The translations under genes and the position numbers were made by a program. 59,797 bases of DNA from Acholeplasma sp. (GTDB lineage: Bacteria; Bacillota_I; Bacilli_A; Acholeplasmatales; UBA5453). Under the pieces are notes generated by a model that searched no databases, was not told where the DNA came from, and saw only the letters and a program-made list of their open reading frames with translations. The stretch covers positions 1-59,797 of the forward strand of contig JAVBWN010000022.1 in NCBI GenBank assembly GCA_036677365.1. Reading direction: 5' to 3'. Positions 1 to 10,796 of the stretch are shown here, piece after piece (the stretch's first letter is position 1; each line of letters opens with the position of its first letter).

Positions 1-250
1 AGTTAGAATCAAAAGAGGTTTATATAAGAGTCAAAAAGGCACTTTGATAAATGCAGATCAAAATGCCTCATTAAACATGATTAGAAAAGGTAATCCCGAT
101 GCCTTATGGATAGGGGATAAGGGAGTGAACACTCCTAAGCGTACATACCTATTTGGTGTGTAGTCGCTTTAAATAAGACGAGTTAAATCGTTAAGAGGTA
201 TATATCATAAATCATTCTGTAAAAGGTGATTTATTCACCTCTTTGTTCAA
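1..250 (+). mobile_element. Right part of an IS200/IS605-type element; right end most likely ...TGTTCAA at 250
   Basis: tnpB 3' end, nested stem 193-199/237-243 and 207-215/226-234, terminal TCAA; boundary inferred. Confidence 0.65.
2..163 (+). CDS. tnpB: TnpB (IS200/IS605 OrfB, RNA-guided endonuclease), C-terminal fragment cut by window start
   Basis: Frame 2 translates to VRIKRGLYKSQKGTLINADQNASLNMIRKGNPDALWIGDKGVNTPKRTYLFGV*; RIKRGLY...INAD.NA.LN matches the TnpB RuvC-III end. Not in ORF track. Confidence 0.85.
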   Translation, partial: VRIKRGLYKSQKGTLINADQNASLNMIRKGNPDALWIGDKGVNTPKRTYLFGV

Positions 251-270
251 TAATTATTTAGCTAAAGAGC
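118..270 (+). ncRNA. Predicted TnpB omegaRNA: scaffold to 250, guide about 251-270
   Basis: Hairpin GGAG-TGAACA-CTCC (122-135) whose loop is complementary to TGTTCA (244-249), plus long stem 193-243; 5' end unknown. Confidence 0.5.
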
Positions 271-1579
271 CCATGGGGTCCCAAGGTTTAAGTACAATGG
301 GTTCCGATTGATAGGCTTTTAATTCAGCATCCGTTAAATATTTCTTATGGATGACAGCTTGATATGTATTCGCATCAAACCATGACCCACTCATCAAGTA
401 GTACCCTTTTAATCCACGGTCACTCCCCCACGAGTTTTCGATTTTCCATTTGGTGGCTTCACCGTTCTCTAGATTCACACCGGTGATGACCATGGCGTGG
501 TTCATTGCACCTTGTAAATAATCGAGTTTTTGTTCTTTTGTCATTGAGAAGCTCATTTGGAAGGCGGTTTCATAATCGTAGGCTTGGTCATCCCAAATGC
601 CTTTTTCACGGTCACCATCCCGTGCCACATCCGCACCAAACCACACGATTTCTTGGTCTTTCAATTGTGAAATCACCAACGCTTTCAAACGTGACATGGG
701 TAGATTCAAATGTTTGATGGGTTTACCACCGATGACATTACCTAAATAGGCGATGGTATAACTTCTTTCGTAAGGTTTATCTTCGGTTGGCGAATCGATG
801 ATGGATACATAATCATGAAGATTCAGTCCAAGATGGTCAAAGAAGGCTTTAGGCGAATCAAAATTGGTTTTAAAATACTGATTTTGTTTGTTTACATATT
901 CAAACGAGATTTGAGTCGGTGGGACACCAAAGTTGGTACATAAGAAATCATATAACGATTGAAGCACTTCCGATTTGAGGGTTTCTTTTTCTTTCAATAA
1001 ACCTGATTTTACCAATAGTCTGGCTTCTGCGGCATATTTTCTCAGTTTGATGTTGATGAGCTTATTCATCGCACCGGTATTTGAGGATGCATAGGTCTCA
1101 GGCATCTGGTCTTTTGGTACTACACCATATTTGTCAACTAAAGAGACAAACATATCCCATTGTCCACCATCTTGAATCCCCATTTGAAGTAAGTGTTTTA
1201 ACGTTCGGTCATCACCATCACAAACCAAGAAGTCGTCCATGGCTTCTAAGAAATAATTGATCTTTTCAAATTTATCCCAAAATGCTTGGTAGTTTTGTGA
1301 AAGTTCAAATTCTTTTAATTGATATTTTTTCGCAACCAATTCTCTCACGACATTGAGTCCCGCAAATAACCAGCATCTTCCTGAAGCCTTTTGGTTGGTT
1401 ACAGGCAATGTTTCGATGTCGATGGAAAACCTGAATTGGGTTTTTTGTTCCGATTCAGTCACGTAAGCAATCGAATCGATGGGATTTTTCGCCAGTGCTC
1501 GACGCATGGCCTTTTGATGTGTGTTTTTTTCATACAATTGATTCATCGCTTGAATCGTTTGTTCAGATACTGCTTTCAT
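254..1579 (-). CDS. pepC: Aminopeptidase C (bleomycin hydrolase, peptidase C1B)
   Basis: NQKASGRCWLFA catalytic Cys, NHAM His and ENSWG motifs; ATG at 1579 follows AAAGGAG RBS. Confidence 0.95.
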   Translation of the reverse strand: MKAVSEQTIQAMNQLYEKNTHQKAMRRALAKNPIDSIAYVTESEQKTQFRFSIDIETLPVTNQKASGRCWLFAGLNVVRELVAKKYQLKEFELSQNYQAFWDKFEKINYFLEAMDDFLVCDGDDRTLKHLLQMGIQDGGQWDMFVSLVDKYGVVPKDQMPETYASSNTGAMNKLINIKLRKYAAEARLLVKSGLLKEKETLKSEVLQSLYDFLCTNFGVPPTQISFEYVNKQNQYFKTNFDSPKAFFDHLGLNLHDYVSIIDSPTEDKPYERSYTIAYLGNVIGGKPIKHLNLPMSRLKALVISQLKDQEIVWFGADVARDGDREKGIWDDQAYDYETAFQMSFSMTKEQKLDYLQGAMNHAMVITGVNLENGEATKWKIENSWGSDRGLKGYYLMSGSWFDANTYQAVIHKKYLTDAELKAYQSEPIVLKPWDPMGSLAK

Positions 1580-1677
1580 AAAAATCACTCCTTTATACCC
1601 AATTATACGCGCATTAAGATGGATTTAGAAGACAAAAAGTGAACATAATTGCTATGTTCACTTTAACTGTTTTTGAT

Positions 1678-2997
1678 TTATGAATTGTAAATTTTGCTCA
1701 CCAATTCAGGGTGGTCGATGAATGGGTTACGGTTCCCTTGATATCCGAAGATGACTTCATTACGATTTCTTTCAAAATCATCTACAGGGTCTTGGATGTG
1801 CCATAAAAGCAAGGTTTGTAAGTCACCCATTTGGTAAATCGATGGTTTCTGTCCACCAGATAAATTCACTAAACTGAGTTGGTCCCAACGAATATCCATA
1901 TAGAATAAGATACGCGCAATGTCACCATGAATGGCTGTGCGTTCTGGGTAATAGGCAACTAAGCTCGATGCAGGACCATACCAACGGTTGCCTCGGTCGG
2001 AGTTGATGGCTGGATTGGAGGGCTTCAAGTTGTGTAAATCGGAGGCGATGTTAACCACGGTGTTTGAAGCCGCTTCGCCTAAGTAAGATTGTGGCCAAAC
2101 GTGTTCTTTATTCCAAGTGGTACCACCATCCCAAGCTGCGTTATATGAAGCGCCAGTATAAAATTCAATTAAGCGACTACTGTTATTTGGGTCACGGTCC
2201 GTGACTTGAAGTGCAGTATTGCCAAATACGTATTGTCTACCAGTCATTTGTTCCAACAAATTATTCAAGAAAATGATGAGGTTTGCGCCAGTTAAACCAT
2301 CCATACCTAAATAATAACCGGTATATTGGACTTCTTTCCATCGGGCATAAATAATGGTGTTGCCTGTGATTGGGGTATCAAATTCATATTTGGTTTCCCC
2401 AATATACCAACCCTCGAATGTGTGGTTTGCTTTTTCTGGGTTGTTTGGCTTGATTGGCATACCACCTGAATTGACATTTTGATTTGGAATCACCGTTCCG
2501 CCACTGGTTTCAAACGACACCACATATACAATCGGTGTCCAAATGGCATAAATAACCATATTTTGCGTGACTGGGGTATCAAAATTGTAAATAGCATTGT
2601 TGTATTCCCAGTGAGAAAATGTGTAATGTGTGCGTGTAGGGGTACCTGGGATAGACGGGTTTTCGCCATGCGGGACCGTTTGTGAAGGTACTGGAGAACC
2701 ATAAGTAATAAATGAAACGGTACGCACGACTTTCGCCCATTTCGCGACAATGGTGATATTGTCTTCGATTTTGTTGTTAAAGTCAAATGGTGTATCGCCA
2801 ATGAACCAACCTAAAAAAGTATGATTTTCATACGTTGGGGTTTCAGGGACACTGATACGTAAACCTGGGTCTTGCGTCACAGTGATGATTTCTCCCCCAT
2901 TTTGTGGGTCTATCATGACTTTAATCTGTTTTGGTACACATGCAACCAGCATGAGCACCATGGCGGATAAGACCATCAAAATACTGAGTTTTTTCAT
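1678..2997 (-). CDS. Lipoprotein with three InlB B-repeat (Listeria-Bacteroides) domains and a C-terminal endonuclease I family nuclease
   Basis: Lipobox LVAC; P..P...HTF.GW...F...I......A.W repeats; WNKEHVWPQS, DLHNL, RNPFIDHPE. The track start (3048) lies inside a tRNA; ATG 2997 has an AGAGG RBS. Confidence 0.88.
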   Translation of the reverse strand: MKKLSILMVLSAMVLMLVACVPKQIKVMIDPQNGGEIITVTQDPGLRISVPETPTYENHTFLGWFIGDTPFDFNNKIEDNITIVAKWAKVVRTVSFITYGSPVPSQTVPHGENPSIPGTPTRTHYTFSHWEYNNAIYNFDTPVTQNMVIYAIWTPIVYVVSFETSGGTVIPNQNVNSGGMPIKPNNPEKANHTFEGWYIGETKYEFDTPITGNTIIYARWKEVQYTGYYLGMDGLTGANLIIFLNNLLEQMTGRQYVFGNTALQVTDRDPNNSSRLIEFYTGASYNAAWDGGTTWNKEHVWPQSYLGEAASNTVVNIASDLHNLKPSNPAINSDRGNRWYGPASSLVAYYPERTAIHGDIARILFYMDIRWDQLSLVNLSGGQKPSIYQMGDLQTLLLWHIQDPVDDFERNRNEVIFGYQGNRNPFIDHPELVSKIYNS

Positions 2998-3018
2998 TCT
3001 ATATCCTCTATTTTTAAG

Positions 3019-3094
3019 TGGCGATCCGGAAAGGACTCGAACCTTCAACCGTTACCTTAGGACGGTACTGCTCTATCCATTGAGCTACCGGACC
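3019..3094 (-). tRNA. tRNA-Arg (anticodon CCT)
   Basis: GGTCCGG acceptor, GCTC/GAGC D arm, loop GT-CCT-AA, TTCGAGT T loop, encoded CCA. Confidence 0.9.
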
Positions 3095-3187
3095 CACTGC
3101 TTTTCTACTATTATACCTTAAAAGAAAACAAAGCCCATCATTGATGGGCAATTTTCGAGCAAGTCAATGACTTGTAAAGGTCTTTAA

Positions 3188-3264
<77 letters not shown>

Positions 3265-3352
3265 AAATTTGACAGCATGGTTATTATAACGCAAAATAAT
3301 GACATTGTAAAGACAAAAATTCATCAAACATTTTTTTATTCTATAGAATAGA

Positions 3353-3376
3353 AAAAGGGATGTTGCCATCCCTTTT
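3353..3376 (-). terminator. Intrinsic terminator after MarR gene
   Basis: AAAAGGGATG-ttgc-CATCCCTTTT. Confidence 0.8.
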
Positions 3377-3388
3377 AGGATAAATCGA

Positions 3389-3817
3389 TTAAATCTTTCC
3401 TACAGCGTTGATTTTGTTCAAAATACGGAATAAAGTCTTCGTATCTTGTTCGCCTAGATGCTTCATCAACTTTTGGATACGTGCGTAGTAAACGTCTTGG
3501 ACGCTTTCAACAAATGCTTGTCCTTTTTCAGTCAACAACACATAAGTAACACGGTGATCTGATTTAGAATCTCTACGTGCTAAGTAGCCATCTTCGACAA
3601 GTTTGTTCATCTTGTGCGTGATCGCTGGTAGTGTGACTTTTAAGCGTTTAGCGATAGCGGATGGTTTGATCCCCGTTGGATCACCAAATGCGACTGAGAA
3701 TAGTAGTGTGATATCTGCATCACTCAAAGCATACTTCTTGTGACGATAAATTCCACTCTTTCTGAGTCCTTGCAACGCTCTTTCAAAGTCTTGTGCAAAA
3801 ACTAGTTTTTCGTTCAT
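3389..3817 (-). CDS. MarR family transcriptional regulator
   Basis: Winged HTH; SDHRVTYVLLTEKG matches the MarR DxR...LTxxG wing. Confidence 0.88.
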   Translation of the reverse strand: MNEKLVFAQDFERALQGLRKSGIYRHKKYALSDADITLLFSVAFGDPTGIKPSAIAKRLKVTLPAITHKMNKLVEDGYLARRDSKSDHRVTYVLLTEKGQAFVESVQDVYYARIQKLMKHLGEQDTKTLFRILNKINAVGKI

Positions 3818-3964
3818 AGTAATTCCCCCCTTACTAATACAATATCATTATAGCGTTTTTTTTAGTAAAATGTAAAGAAAAAGTAATCAGAAGTAATAAG
3901 TTTTTTAAAATTCACACTTTTTAAAAACAAAAGCACCCGAATATATTACTTTCGGATGCATTCT

Positions 3965-4609
3965 TTATATTAATTCTAAGGATTCTATTATTTCGCGTAG
4001 ATATGCGATTTCTAAGGCTAATTTAGCTTGCTTTTGACCCGTTGCTTTCGCATGATTTCGCACCCAAATGCCCAATTGATGCTTATAAAGCGGTAATGCA
4101 CTTTTTTTAGATTTCAGGATGGGTCCAGCAAAAATATCTTTAGCATCTAAAGTCATTTCACCTTTTTCACACACCAAAATCACATAATGAAATTTTTCAT
4201 AGACCGTTACTTCATCCAGGATTCGATAATGGTGTTGGGCTAAATAGTGTCTCAATTGATCGACATGGTTATTCGCTTGTAAAATATATCTCTTCGCGGG
4301 TATGTGCGGTTGATTCAAAATATCTTTGATCAAATGCATCCCCATCCCTGCAATCAATACCCCGTCAAACGGTGTATGGATACCGATGAATCCATTGGTC
4401 AATTGAAAATCCACACATGCAGTCAATTGTTTGGCTTCAATATTTTGTTTTGCATTCAACAGTGGCATCGGGTTGATGTCACACGCAATCGCGCGTTGAA
4501 TGTAACCTTTTTGAAGCGCATCGATGATGACGAAGCCGTGGTCTGTACCAATGTCCAATAAAGTACCCATGCCTTGTGTCAAATGACTTAATGTTTCAAT
4601 ACGGGTCAT
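3965..4609 (-). CDS. trmK: tRNA (adenine(22)-N1)-methyltransferase
   Basis: DIGTDHG, IAGMG, LQAN motifs; conserved position after rpoD. Confidence 0.9.
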   Translation of the reverse strand: MTRIETLSHLTQGMGTLLDIGTDHGFVIIDALQKGYIQRAIACDINPMPLLNAKQNIEAKQLTACVDFQLTNGFIGIHTPFDGVLIAGMGMHLIKDILNQPHIPAKRYILQANNHVDQLRHYLAQHHYRILDEVTVYEKFHYVILVCEKGEMTLDAKDIFAGPILKSKKSALPLYKHQLGIWVRNHAKATGQKQAKLALEIAYLREIIESLELI

Positions 4610-5886
4610 TATTTTCTCGTTAAATTGAAATCTTTGAGTTTCTTTTGACGGCTAGGTTGTCTCAATTTGCGCAAAGCTTTGGATTCAATTTGGCGAATAC
4701 GTTCACGCGTGACCCCAAATTCTTTACCCACTTCTTCAAGGGTATGGGTCTTACCATCGAGTAGGCCATAACGGAGTCTCAACACTTTTTCTTCACGGTC
4801 TGTGAGGGTTTCAAGTACTTCGTCCAATGTGCGTTTAACCATTTCTTGAACGGTGTATTCGTATGGGTTGAGTGCGGTTGGGTCAGAAATAAAATCACCC
4901 AAAGATGAGTCTTCTTCCTCACCTACTGGCGCTTCTAATGAGATGGGTTCTTGTGCAATCTTTTGAATGGCTTGAACACGTTCAGCTGTGATGCCCATAC
5001 GTTCACCAATTTCTTCTGGGGATGGTTCACGTGACAATTCTTGAACCAATTGTCTTTGAATTCTCACCAGTTTATTGATGGTTTCTACCATATGTACTGG
5101 GATACGGATGGTTCTGGCTTGATCGGCTACCGCTCTGGTGATGGCTTGGCGGATCCACCAAGTTGCGTAGGTTGAAAATTTGAAGCCCTTTTCGTGATCA
5201 AATTTATCTACAGCACGCATCAAGCCCATGTTGCCTTCTTGGATGAGGTCTAAGAATAACATCCCTCGACCAACATATCTTTTCGCAATCGAAACGACCA
5301 AGCGGTAGTTGGCTTCAACCAAACGGTTTTTCGCATAAATCGCATCTTCAACCATATTTTCAAGTTGAATACGTTCGTCTTCAGGGATTTCTACGTTGTC
5401 ATTTTTCATGTCATCCAATTGTTCTTGGGCAAAACGACCGTTATTAACTCTCACAGCCAAATCGACTTCTTCATCGCTTGAAAGTAGTGGAATACGACCG
5501 ATTTCTTTTAAATACATGCGGACTGGGTCATCGACTTTAATGGAGGATGGCAACGATTCAATGTTGAGTAATTCTTCTTCTTTGATGTCTTCAATTTCGA
5601 GCGAAGATAAAGAAAGTTGATCAAAATCGATGTCTTCATCGAGGTCATCTTCCTCTTCTTCAAGTTCATCTACAACCACAGGGGCAGGCACTTCAATTTC
5701 TTCAATCAAATCTTCCTCAACTTCTAAGTTGATGATATCGATGTCTTCATCGAGCAATGCTGCTTCGATCGCGAGGTAATCTGCAGACCCAAAAGGTGCG
5801 TGCTTGATGACATCGCTAAAATTTACTTCGTTGTTATTCTTTTTGCCGAGTTTGATTAAATCAGCAATGACTTTTTCTAAATTCAT
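4609..5886 (-). CDS. rpoD: Primary RNA polymerase sigma factor RpoD/SigA
   Basis: [37 protein letters not shown], acidic region 1.1; ATG 5886 with AAGGAG RBS. Confidence 0.96.
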   Translation of the reverse strand: MNLEKVIADLIKLGKKNNNEVNFSDVIKHAPFGSADYLAIEAALLDEDIDIINLEVEEDLIEEIEVPAPVVVDELEEEEDDLDEDIDFDQLSLSSLEIEDIKEEELLNIESLPSSIKVDDPVRMYLKEIGRIPLLSSDEEVDLAVRVNNGRFAQEQLDDMKNDNVEIPEDERIQLENMVEDAIYAKNRLVEANYRLVVSIAKRYVGRGMLFLDLIQEGNMGLMRAVDKFDHEKGFKFSTYATWWIRQAITRAVADQARTIRIPVHMVETINKLVRIQRQLVQELSREPSPEEIGERMGITAERVQAIQKIAQEPISLEAPVGEEEDSSLGDFISDPTALNPYEYTVQEMVKRTLDEVLETLTDREEKVLRLRYGLLDGKTHTLEEVGKEFGVTRERIRQIESKALRKLRQPSRQKKLKDFNLTRK

Positions 5887-5900
5887 GTGTGAACTCCTTA

Positions 5901-6974
5901 TCATTTGAGCAATTTATGGGTTTGACGAAGGGTTGCCAAACTTTTTGAGATGATCTGACGTATTCTTTCACGGGTTAATCCCATGAGATTGCCGATTTCT
6001 TCAAGTGTGTAATACTTACCGTCATGAAGACCAAAACGGTAACGCATGACTTGTTCATCTCTTGGTCCGAGTTGTTTTAACAGCGCTGAAATGTGCTCTT
6101 TTTCTTTCATCGCCATATAAGACTCTTCAGGATTCATGACATTAGAAGCAATAAAATCTGCCAATGTCGCATCCTCCTCAGTACCCACGGATTTATCGAG
6201 CGATACCACTTCTTGAGACAATTGCTCATAGGAGGCTAATTTCTCTAAGGTGATGCCCAAAGCTTCCGCAACTTCCTCATCCGAAGGGTTTCGGTTGAGT
6301 TTGGATCTGAGTTCATTTTTAATCCTAACCATACGATTTAAGTTTTCGACCAGATGGACTGGAATACGGATGGTTTTAGATTGTTTGGCAATCGCACGTG
6401 AGATCGATTGTTTAATCCACCAGGTTGCGTAGGTAGAAAATCGATTGCCCATGCGATAATCAAATTTGTCTGCGGCTTTCATCAAGCCCATGGTACCCTC
6501 TTGAATGAGGTCCAACATTTCCATTTTACCATCGGATTTTTTCGCGATAGAGACGACCAATCTCAAGTTCGATAAAATCAGTCTATTTTTCGCTTCAACC
6601 GCAATCCCAATGGTCTTTTGACGTGCTGCTTCCTCGGTTGGGTCGGATAAAACACCCAAAGCCATCGCTTCATGGCCCATGAATACTTTTTTAGTGATGT
6701 CTTTTTCTTCTTCCGGGGTCAATAGTTTAATCTCACCCATCTCTTTGAGATAACGGTGATAATTGTCGGTCGGTTTATCTACCGATGTGTCAATGAGGGG
6801 AATATTCTCTTCCTCATAAGTAATTTCGTAACCGGCTTGATCCAAAGCACGTTTGATTTCATCGAATTCATGATCTTCTAATTCGGTCATTTCTAAAACG
6901 TCATTGAGTGGGACCTTTTTGGTTTCCTTATAGGTATTTAACAGGTTTTCAATCCATTCATATTTTGGGGTCAT
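5901..6974 (-). CDS. Second sigma-70 factor, RpoD-like (regions 1.2-4)
   Basis: [46 protein letters not shown] overlap with dnaG. Confidence 0.9.
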   Translation of the reverse strand: MTPKYEWIENLLNTYKETKKVPLNDVLEMTELEDHEFDEIKRALDQAGYEITYEEENIPLIDTSVDKPTDNYHRYLKEMGEIKLLTPEEEKDITKKVFMGHEAMALGVLSDPTEEAARQKTIGIAVEAKNRLILSNLRLVVSIAKKSDGKMEMLDLIQEGTMGLMKAADKFDYRMGNRFSTYATWWIKQSISRAIAKQSKTIRIPVHLVENLNRMVRIKNELRSKLNRNPSDEEVAEALGITLEKLASYEQLSQEVVSLDKSVGTEEDATLADFIASNVMNPEESYMAMKEKEHISALLKQLGPRDEQVMRYRFGLHDGKYYTLEEIGNLMGLTRERIRQIISKSLATLRQTHKLLK

Positions 6975-8737
6975 GGGTTCACCTTGCCTTTTTGTTTGGA
7001 GTATTTAAGCTGTTTTAATCGCTCGGCGTGTCGCACTTTGGTAAATGTTTCATCCTCATTTAGGATGTCTTCACGCGCTTGGATGATTTCTTTTTCTAAA
7101 GTTACTTTTTGCATCACTTGGAGGAGTTCAGTGACCGCCTCTTCTTTATAAATTGCAGCGATTCGCCAAGGCAACGACCCCATCACTTTGGTTTCGAAGG
7201 CTTCAAGCATTTCTGGTTTTAAAGATGCTTTGAACGTTTCTAAATCAAAGGCGGTATGCTCAGGGTAATACCCCAACATCAAACTGCCACGCAATTTGAA
7301 TAAGTCCATGTCGACAACATATTGGGTACCCAAAGTTTGATCGATCCGTTGGGCTTGATCAAAATCTTGGGTCATCGCGATGAAAAGTTGAATTTCTGCG
7401 TCATAGAACTTTTTTAAGTTGCGCTTGATGACTGGTTTAGGTTTTGGCAACACCGGTTGTTGATCGGGTGTCCCAAAATTGGTTTCTTTTGGCATGACTG
7501 AATCATAAGATGACCCAATGTCTTTAGCCAATTGGCGATAATAGATTTCTTTGATGCTTTGATCCTTGAATTTAAGCATCTTACGAATCCGTGATTTAAA
7601 TTCTTGGATATCGTTGGAATTATTTAAATCGAGACCTTTCTTATGGAATTCATAACTGAATACTAAGGGGTCAATGGTTTGCTTGAATGCGGCTTGATAG
7701 GCTTCCTTACCATACTTTTTCAAGTAGTCATCGGGGTCTAGCCCATCTTTTAAGGAAACAATGTCTGCTCTTAAACGCACTTCTTCCAAAATTGGGATGG
7801 CTTTCATCGTGGCTTGTTGACCAGCTTTATCGCCATCGTAGGCAATAATCACATCGGTGGTGACTTGTTTTAATAGTTCTGCTTGCCTTTTCGTGAGTGC
7901 AGTCCCCATGGTCGCTACGGCATTACCAAGACCACTCTTGTATGAAGCAATCACATCGAAGAAGCCTTCGTATAGGATCACACGCTTTTTCATTCGGATA
8001 TCTTTAGCCGCTTGATATAAATGATAGAGCACTTCGCCTTTTTTGAAGATTTTGGTTTCAGGTGTATTCAAATATTTGACTGGATCATCTTCCAATGCTC
8101 TACCTGAAAATCCGACCACACGACCATGAACATCGTGAATAGGGAATGTAATGCGTTTAGTCATGAGGTCATAATAACTACCATCCTCACGCTGTTTTGC
8201 CAAACCCAAATCCACCATCATGGTTGGATCAAATCCTTTATTCTTTAATATTTTGAACAAAGCATCTTTCTCTTTGGGTGCCAAACCCAATTCAAAATGT
8301 TTTATATCCTCTGTGGTCAAACCCCGTTGTTCAAGGTAAGCTAGTGCAGACTTCCCATAAGCGGAATTGAATAAATAATAACTGTAAAACGTGGCTGCTT
8401 CCTGTAATAGGTCATGTTCTTTTAAGGTTGGGTTATCCACAACCTCAACATCGACTGGAATCCCAAGGGGTGTAGCGAGTGCTTTAACCGCTTCGGGAAA
8501 GGATACATTTTTAATTTTTTGGTAGAAAGTGATGGGTGAACCACCTTGACCACAGGCCATACACTTGGCAAGGTGTTTTTCTGGTGAAACCGAAAATGAT
8601 GGACTCTTGTCATCGTGAAATGGGCATTGTCCCATGTAGTTTTTACCCTTTTTTACGAGGTTGACATAGGGACTGACTAACGCAACAATGTCGGTCTTTT
8701 CATTAATTTCATCGATGATATGACGGTCTATCGGCAT
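6971..8737 (-). CDS. dnaG: DNA primase
   Basis: CPFHDDKSPSF zinc finger, KYLNTPET, EGFFDV, YDGDKAG toprim. Confidence 0.97.
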   Translation of the reverse strand: MPIDRHIIDEINEKTDIVALVSPYVNLVKKGKNYMGQCPFHDDKSPSFSVSPEKHLAKCMACGQGGSPITFYQKIKNVSFPEAVKALATPLGIPVDVEVVDNPTLKEHDLLQEAATFYSYYLFNSAYGKSALAYLEQRGLTTEDIKHFELGLAPKEKDALFKILKNKGFDPTMMVDLGLAKQREDGSYYDLMTKRITFPIHDVHGRVVGFSGRALEDDPVKYLNTPETKIFKKGEVLYHLYQAAKDIRMKKRVILYEGFFDVIASYKSGLGNAVATMGTALTKRQAELLKQVTTDVIIAYDGDKAGQQATMKAIPILEEVRLRADIVSLKDGLDPDDYLKKYGKEAYQAAFKQTIDPLVFSYEFHKKGLDLNNSNDIQEFKSRIRKMLKFKDQSIKEIYYRQLAKDIGSSYDSVMPKETNFGTPDQQPVLPKPKPVIKRNLKKFYDAEIQLFIAMTQDFDQAQRIDQTLGTQYVVDMDLFKLRGSLMLGYYPEHTAFDLETFKASLKPEMLEAFETKVMGSLPWRIAAIYKEEAVTELLQVMQKVTLEKEIIQAREDILNEDETFTKVRHAERLKQLKYSKQKGKVNP

Positions 8738-8758
8738 AAAAAGACCTCCTTTGTGACA

Positions 8759-10132
8759 TTATAGGGTTGTTTTTTCTAAGATGAACGCTTTGAGTTCAGA
8801 CACCGCAATTCTGACTTGGGTCATGGAATCACGTTCACGGATGGTTACGGTATGATTTTCCAAAGTTTCATCGTCAATGGTGAGGCAAAATGGGGTACCA
8901 ATCTGGTCTTGTCGACGGTAACGTTTACCGATGTTTTGGGTTTCATCATACGTAACTTGGGTATATTTCGCAACTTGGTCAAGCAGATCGAGTGCATATT
9001 GGTCATGTTTCTTTTTGATGAGCGGTAAAATGGCCACTTGGTAAGGTGCAAGTGCTGGGTGGATATGTAAAACTTCTCTCAACTGTCCATCCGCTAAAAC
9101 TTCTTCTTCATAACTTTCGGTTAAAATGGCCATCAATAAACGTTCCACACCTAAGGAAGGTTCAACCACATAAGGTAAATACTTTTCATTGGTATCTGGG
9201 TCTAAATATTCGAGGTTTTCTCTCGAATGTGTTTGATGGGCATTCAAGTCAAAGTTTGTTCTTGAAGCAATCCCCCAAAGTTCATCGAATCCCCAAGGGA
9301 AACGGTATAAAACGTCTGTGGTTGCGTTTGAATAATGTGACAATTCTTCTTGTGCATGGTCGTGTAGTTCAAGGTTTTCACGTTTCAATCCGAGCGTTTG
9401 TAAAAACTCAAGCGCATAGGAACGCCAATAGTTGAACCATTCGATTTCTGTACCAGGTTTACAGAAAAATTCCAACTCCATTTGTTCAAACTCTCTGGTT
9501 CTAAAAATGAAGTTCCCTGGGGTGATTTCATTTCTAAAGGATTTACCAACTTGGCAAACCCCGAATGGGACTTTACGACGGGTGGTTCTTTGAATATTTT
9601 TAAAGTTGATAAAAATCCCTTGGGCAGTTTCTGGTCTTAGATAAACGGTATTACCTGCACTTTCTGTTACCCCTTGGGTCGTTTTAAACATCAAGTTAAA
9701 TGATTTGATTTCAGTCCAATTGACTTTACCACAATTTGGACAAGCAACTTTTTTTTCCATCATGTAACTGTGGAGTTGATCGTGTGACCACGCGCTTGGA
9801 TTGACACTATTATGGCTGTGTTCTTCAATGAGCTTATCGGCTCTATGTCTGGTGTTGCAGCTCTTGCATTCCGTGAGTGGGTCTGAAAAACCACCGACGT
9901 GACCGCTCGCTACCCAAACCTGTGAGTTCATCAAAATCGATGAATCTAGTAAGACGTTATAACGGTTTTCGTCGTGGAATTTTTTAAGCCACGCTTTTTT
10001 AATGTTGTTTTTTAATAGACTACCGAGTGGACCGTAATCCCACGTGTTCGCCAACCCGCCATAGAGTTCTGAACCTTGGAAAATAAAACCGGTAGCTTTT
10101 GCATAAGTAACTAATTTTTCTAAACTGATCAT
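8759..10132 (-). CDS. glyQS: Glycine--tRNA ligase, alpha2 type
   Basis: YLRPETAQG, FRNEITP, FRTREFEQME, IGKRYRRQD. Confidence 0.96.
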   Translation of the reverse strand: MISLEKLVTYAKATGFIFQGSELYGGLANTWDYGPLGSLLKNNIKKAWLKKFHDENRYNVLLDSSILMNSQVWVASGHVGGFSDPLTECKSCNTRHRADKLIEEHSHNSVNPSAWSHDQLHSYMMEKKVACPNCGKVNWTEIKSFNLMFKTTQGVTESAGNTVYLRPETAQGIFINFKNIQRTTRRKVPFGVCQVGKSFRNEITPGNFIFRTREFEQMELEFFCKPGTEIEWFNYWRSYALEFLQTLGLKRENLELHDHAQEELSHYSNATTDVLYRFPWGFDELWGIASRTNFDLNAHQTHSRENLEYLDPDTNEKYLPYVVEPSLGVERLLMAILTESYEEEVLADGQLREVLHIHPALAPYQVAILPLIKKKHDQYALDLLDQVAKYTQVTYDETQNIGKRYRRQDQIGTPFCLTIDDETLENHTVTIRERDSMTQVRIAVSELKAFILEKTTL

Positions 10133-10142
10133 AGGACCCTCT

Positions 10143-10796
10143 CTATTCCTTTAAGCCTTTGATATCGTATTCCATATGATAGCGATAAAAGGTCTTGATA
10201 AAATGTTCAATGTGTTTAATTTGGTGTGTTTCTAGTTGAATGGCATCGCCAGTTTTATAAAAATATAAGGTGGCGATCAAAGCCGTAATATCTAAATCAT
10301 AATCTGCATGTACACCATCTTTTTTGGTTGTCACAGATGCGTTTTTAACCGAAAACCCTGTAGGGTCTTCACCAACAAAGTTGAGTCGATATCCAAATCC
10401 AAAAAGCAATTTTAACGCGAAAATGAGATAACCATAAGGGTGCCTCAATAACTCGATGAGCAAAGGATAAATTTTGTCATGTTCGAGGTCATTGGTCATC
10501 AAATGGTCCACAATTTCAAGCATCACTGCTTGTTTGGACAAACGCAGATAATCCTTTTTTAAGTCATCAAAACCATCGATAAGTTTCGCTTTTGATAACC
10601 CAAACATGTCTTTGTCATGGTATTGAAATTCAATCTCAGTCAAATATTGAGATAAGACTCGAAATTCATGTTTATAGCTTTTTACCCCGCTTGCTACTAA
10701 GGTGACTTTACCGTATTTTGTGTAAACATACAGCAACTTACTGGATTCTTTGTAGTCTTGGGTTTTATAAATTAACCCGTTAGTCGTGGTTGTCAT
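10143..10796 (-). CDS. recO: DNA repair protein RecO
   Basis: N-terminal OB fold (DYKESSKLLYVYTKYGKV); era-recO-glyQS synteny; start approximate. Confidence 0.82.
   Translation of the reverse strand: MTTTTNGLIYKTQDYKESSKLLYVYTKYGKVTLVASGVKSYKHEFRVLSQYLTEIEFQYHDKDMFGLSKAKLIDGFDDLKKDYLRLSKQAVMLEIVDHLMTNDLEHDKIYPLLIELLRHPYGYLIFALKLLFGFGYRLNFVGEDPTGFSVKNASVTTKKDGVHADYDLDITALIATLYFYKTGDAIQLETHQIKHIEHFIKTFYRYHMEYDIKGLKE

Noticed and set aside
2998..3121. N-terminal extension of ORF 1678..3048 and ORF 2882..3121
   Set aside because: Both overlap tRNA-Arg(CCT); the real start is 2997
10133..10142. T-box leader for glyQS
   Set aside because: Only 10 bp separate recO and glyQS
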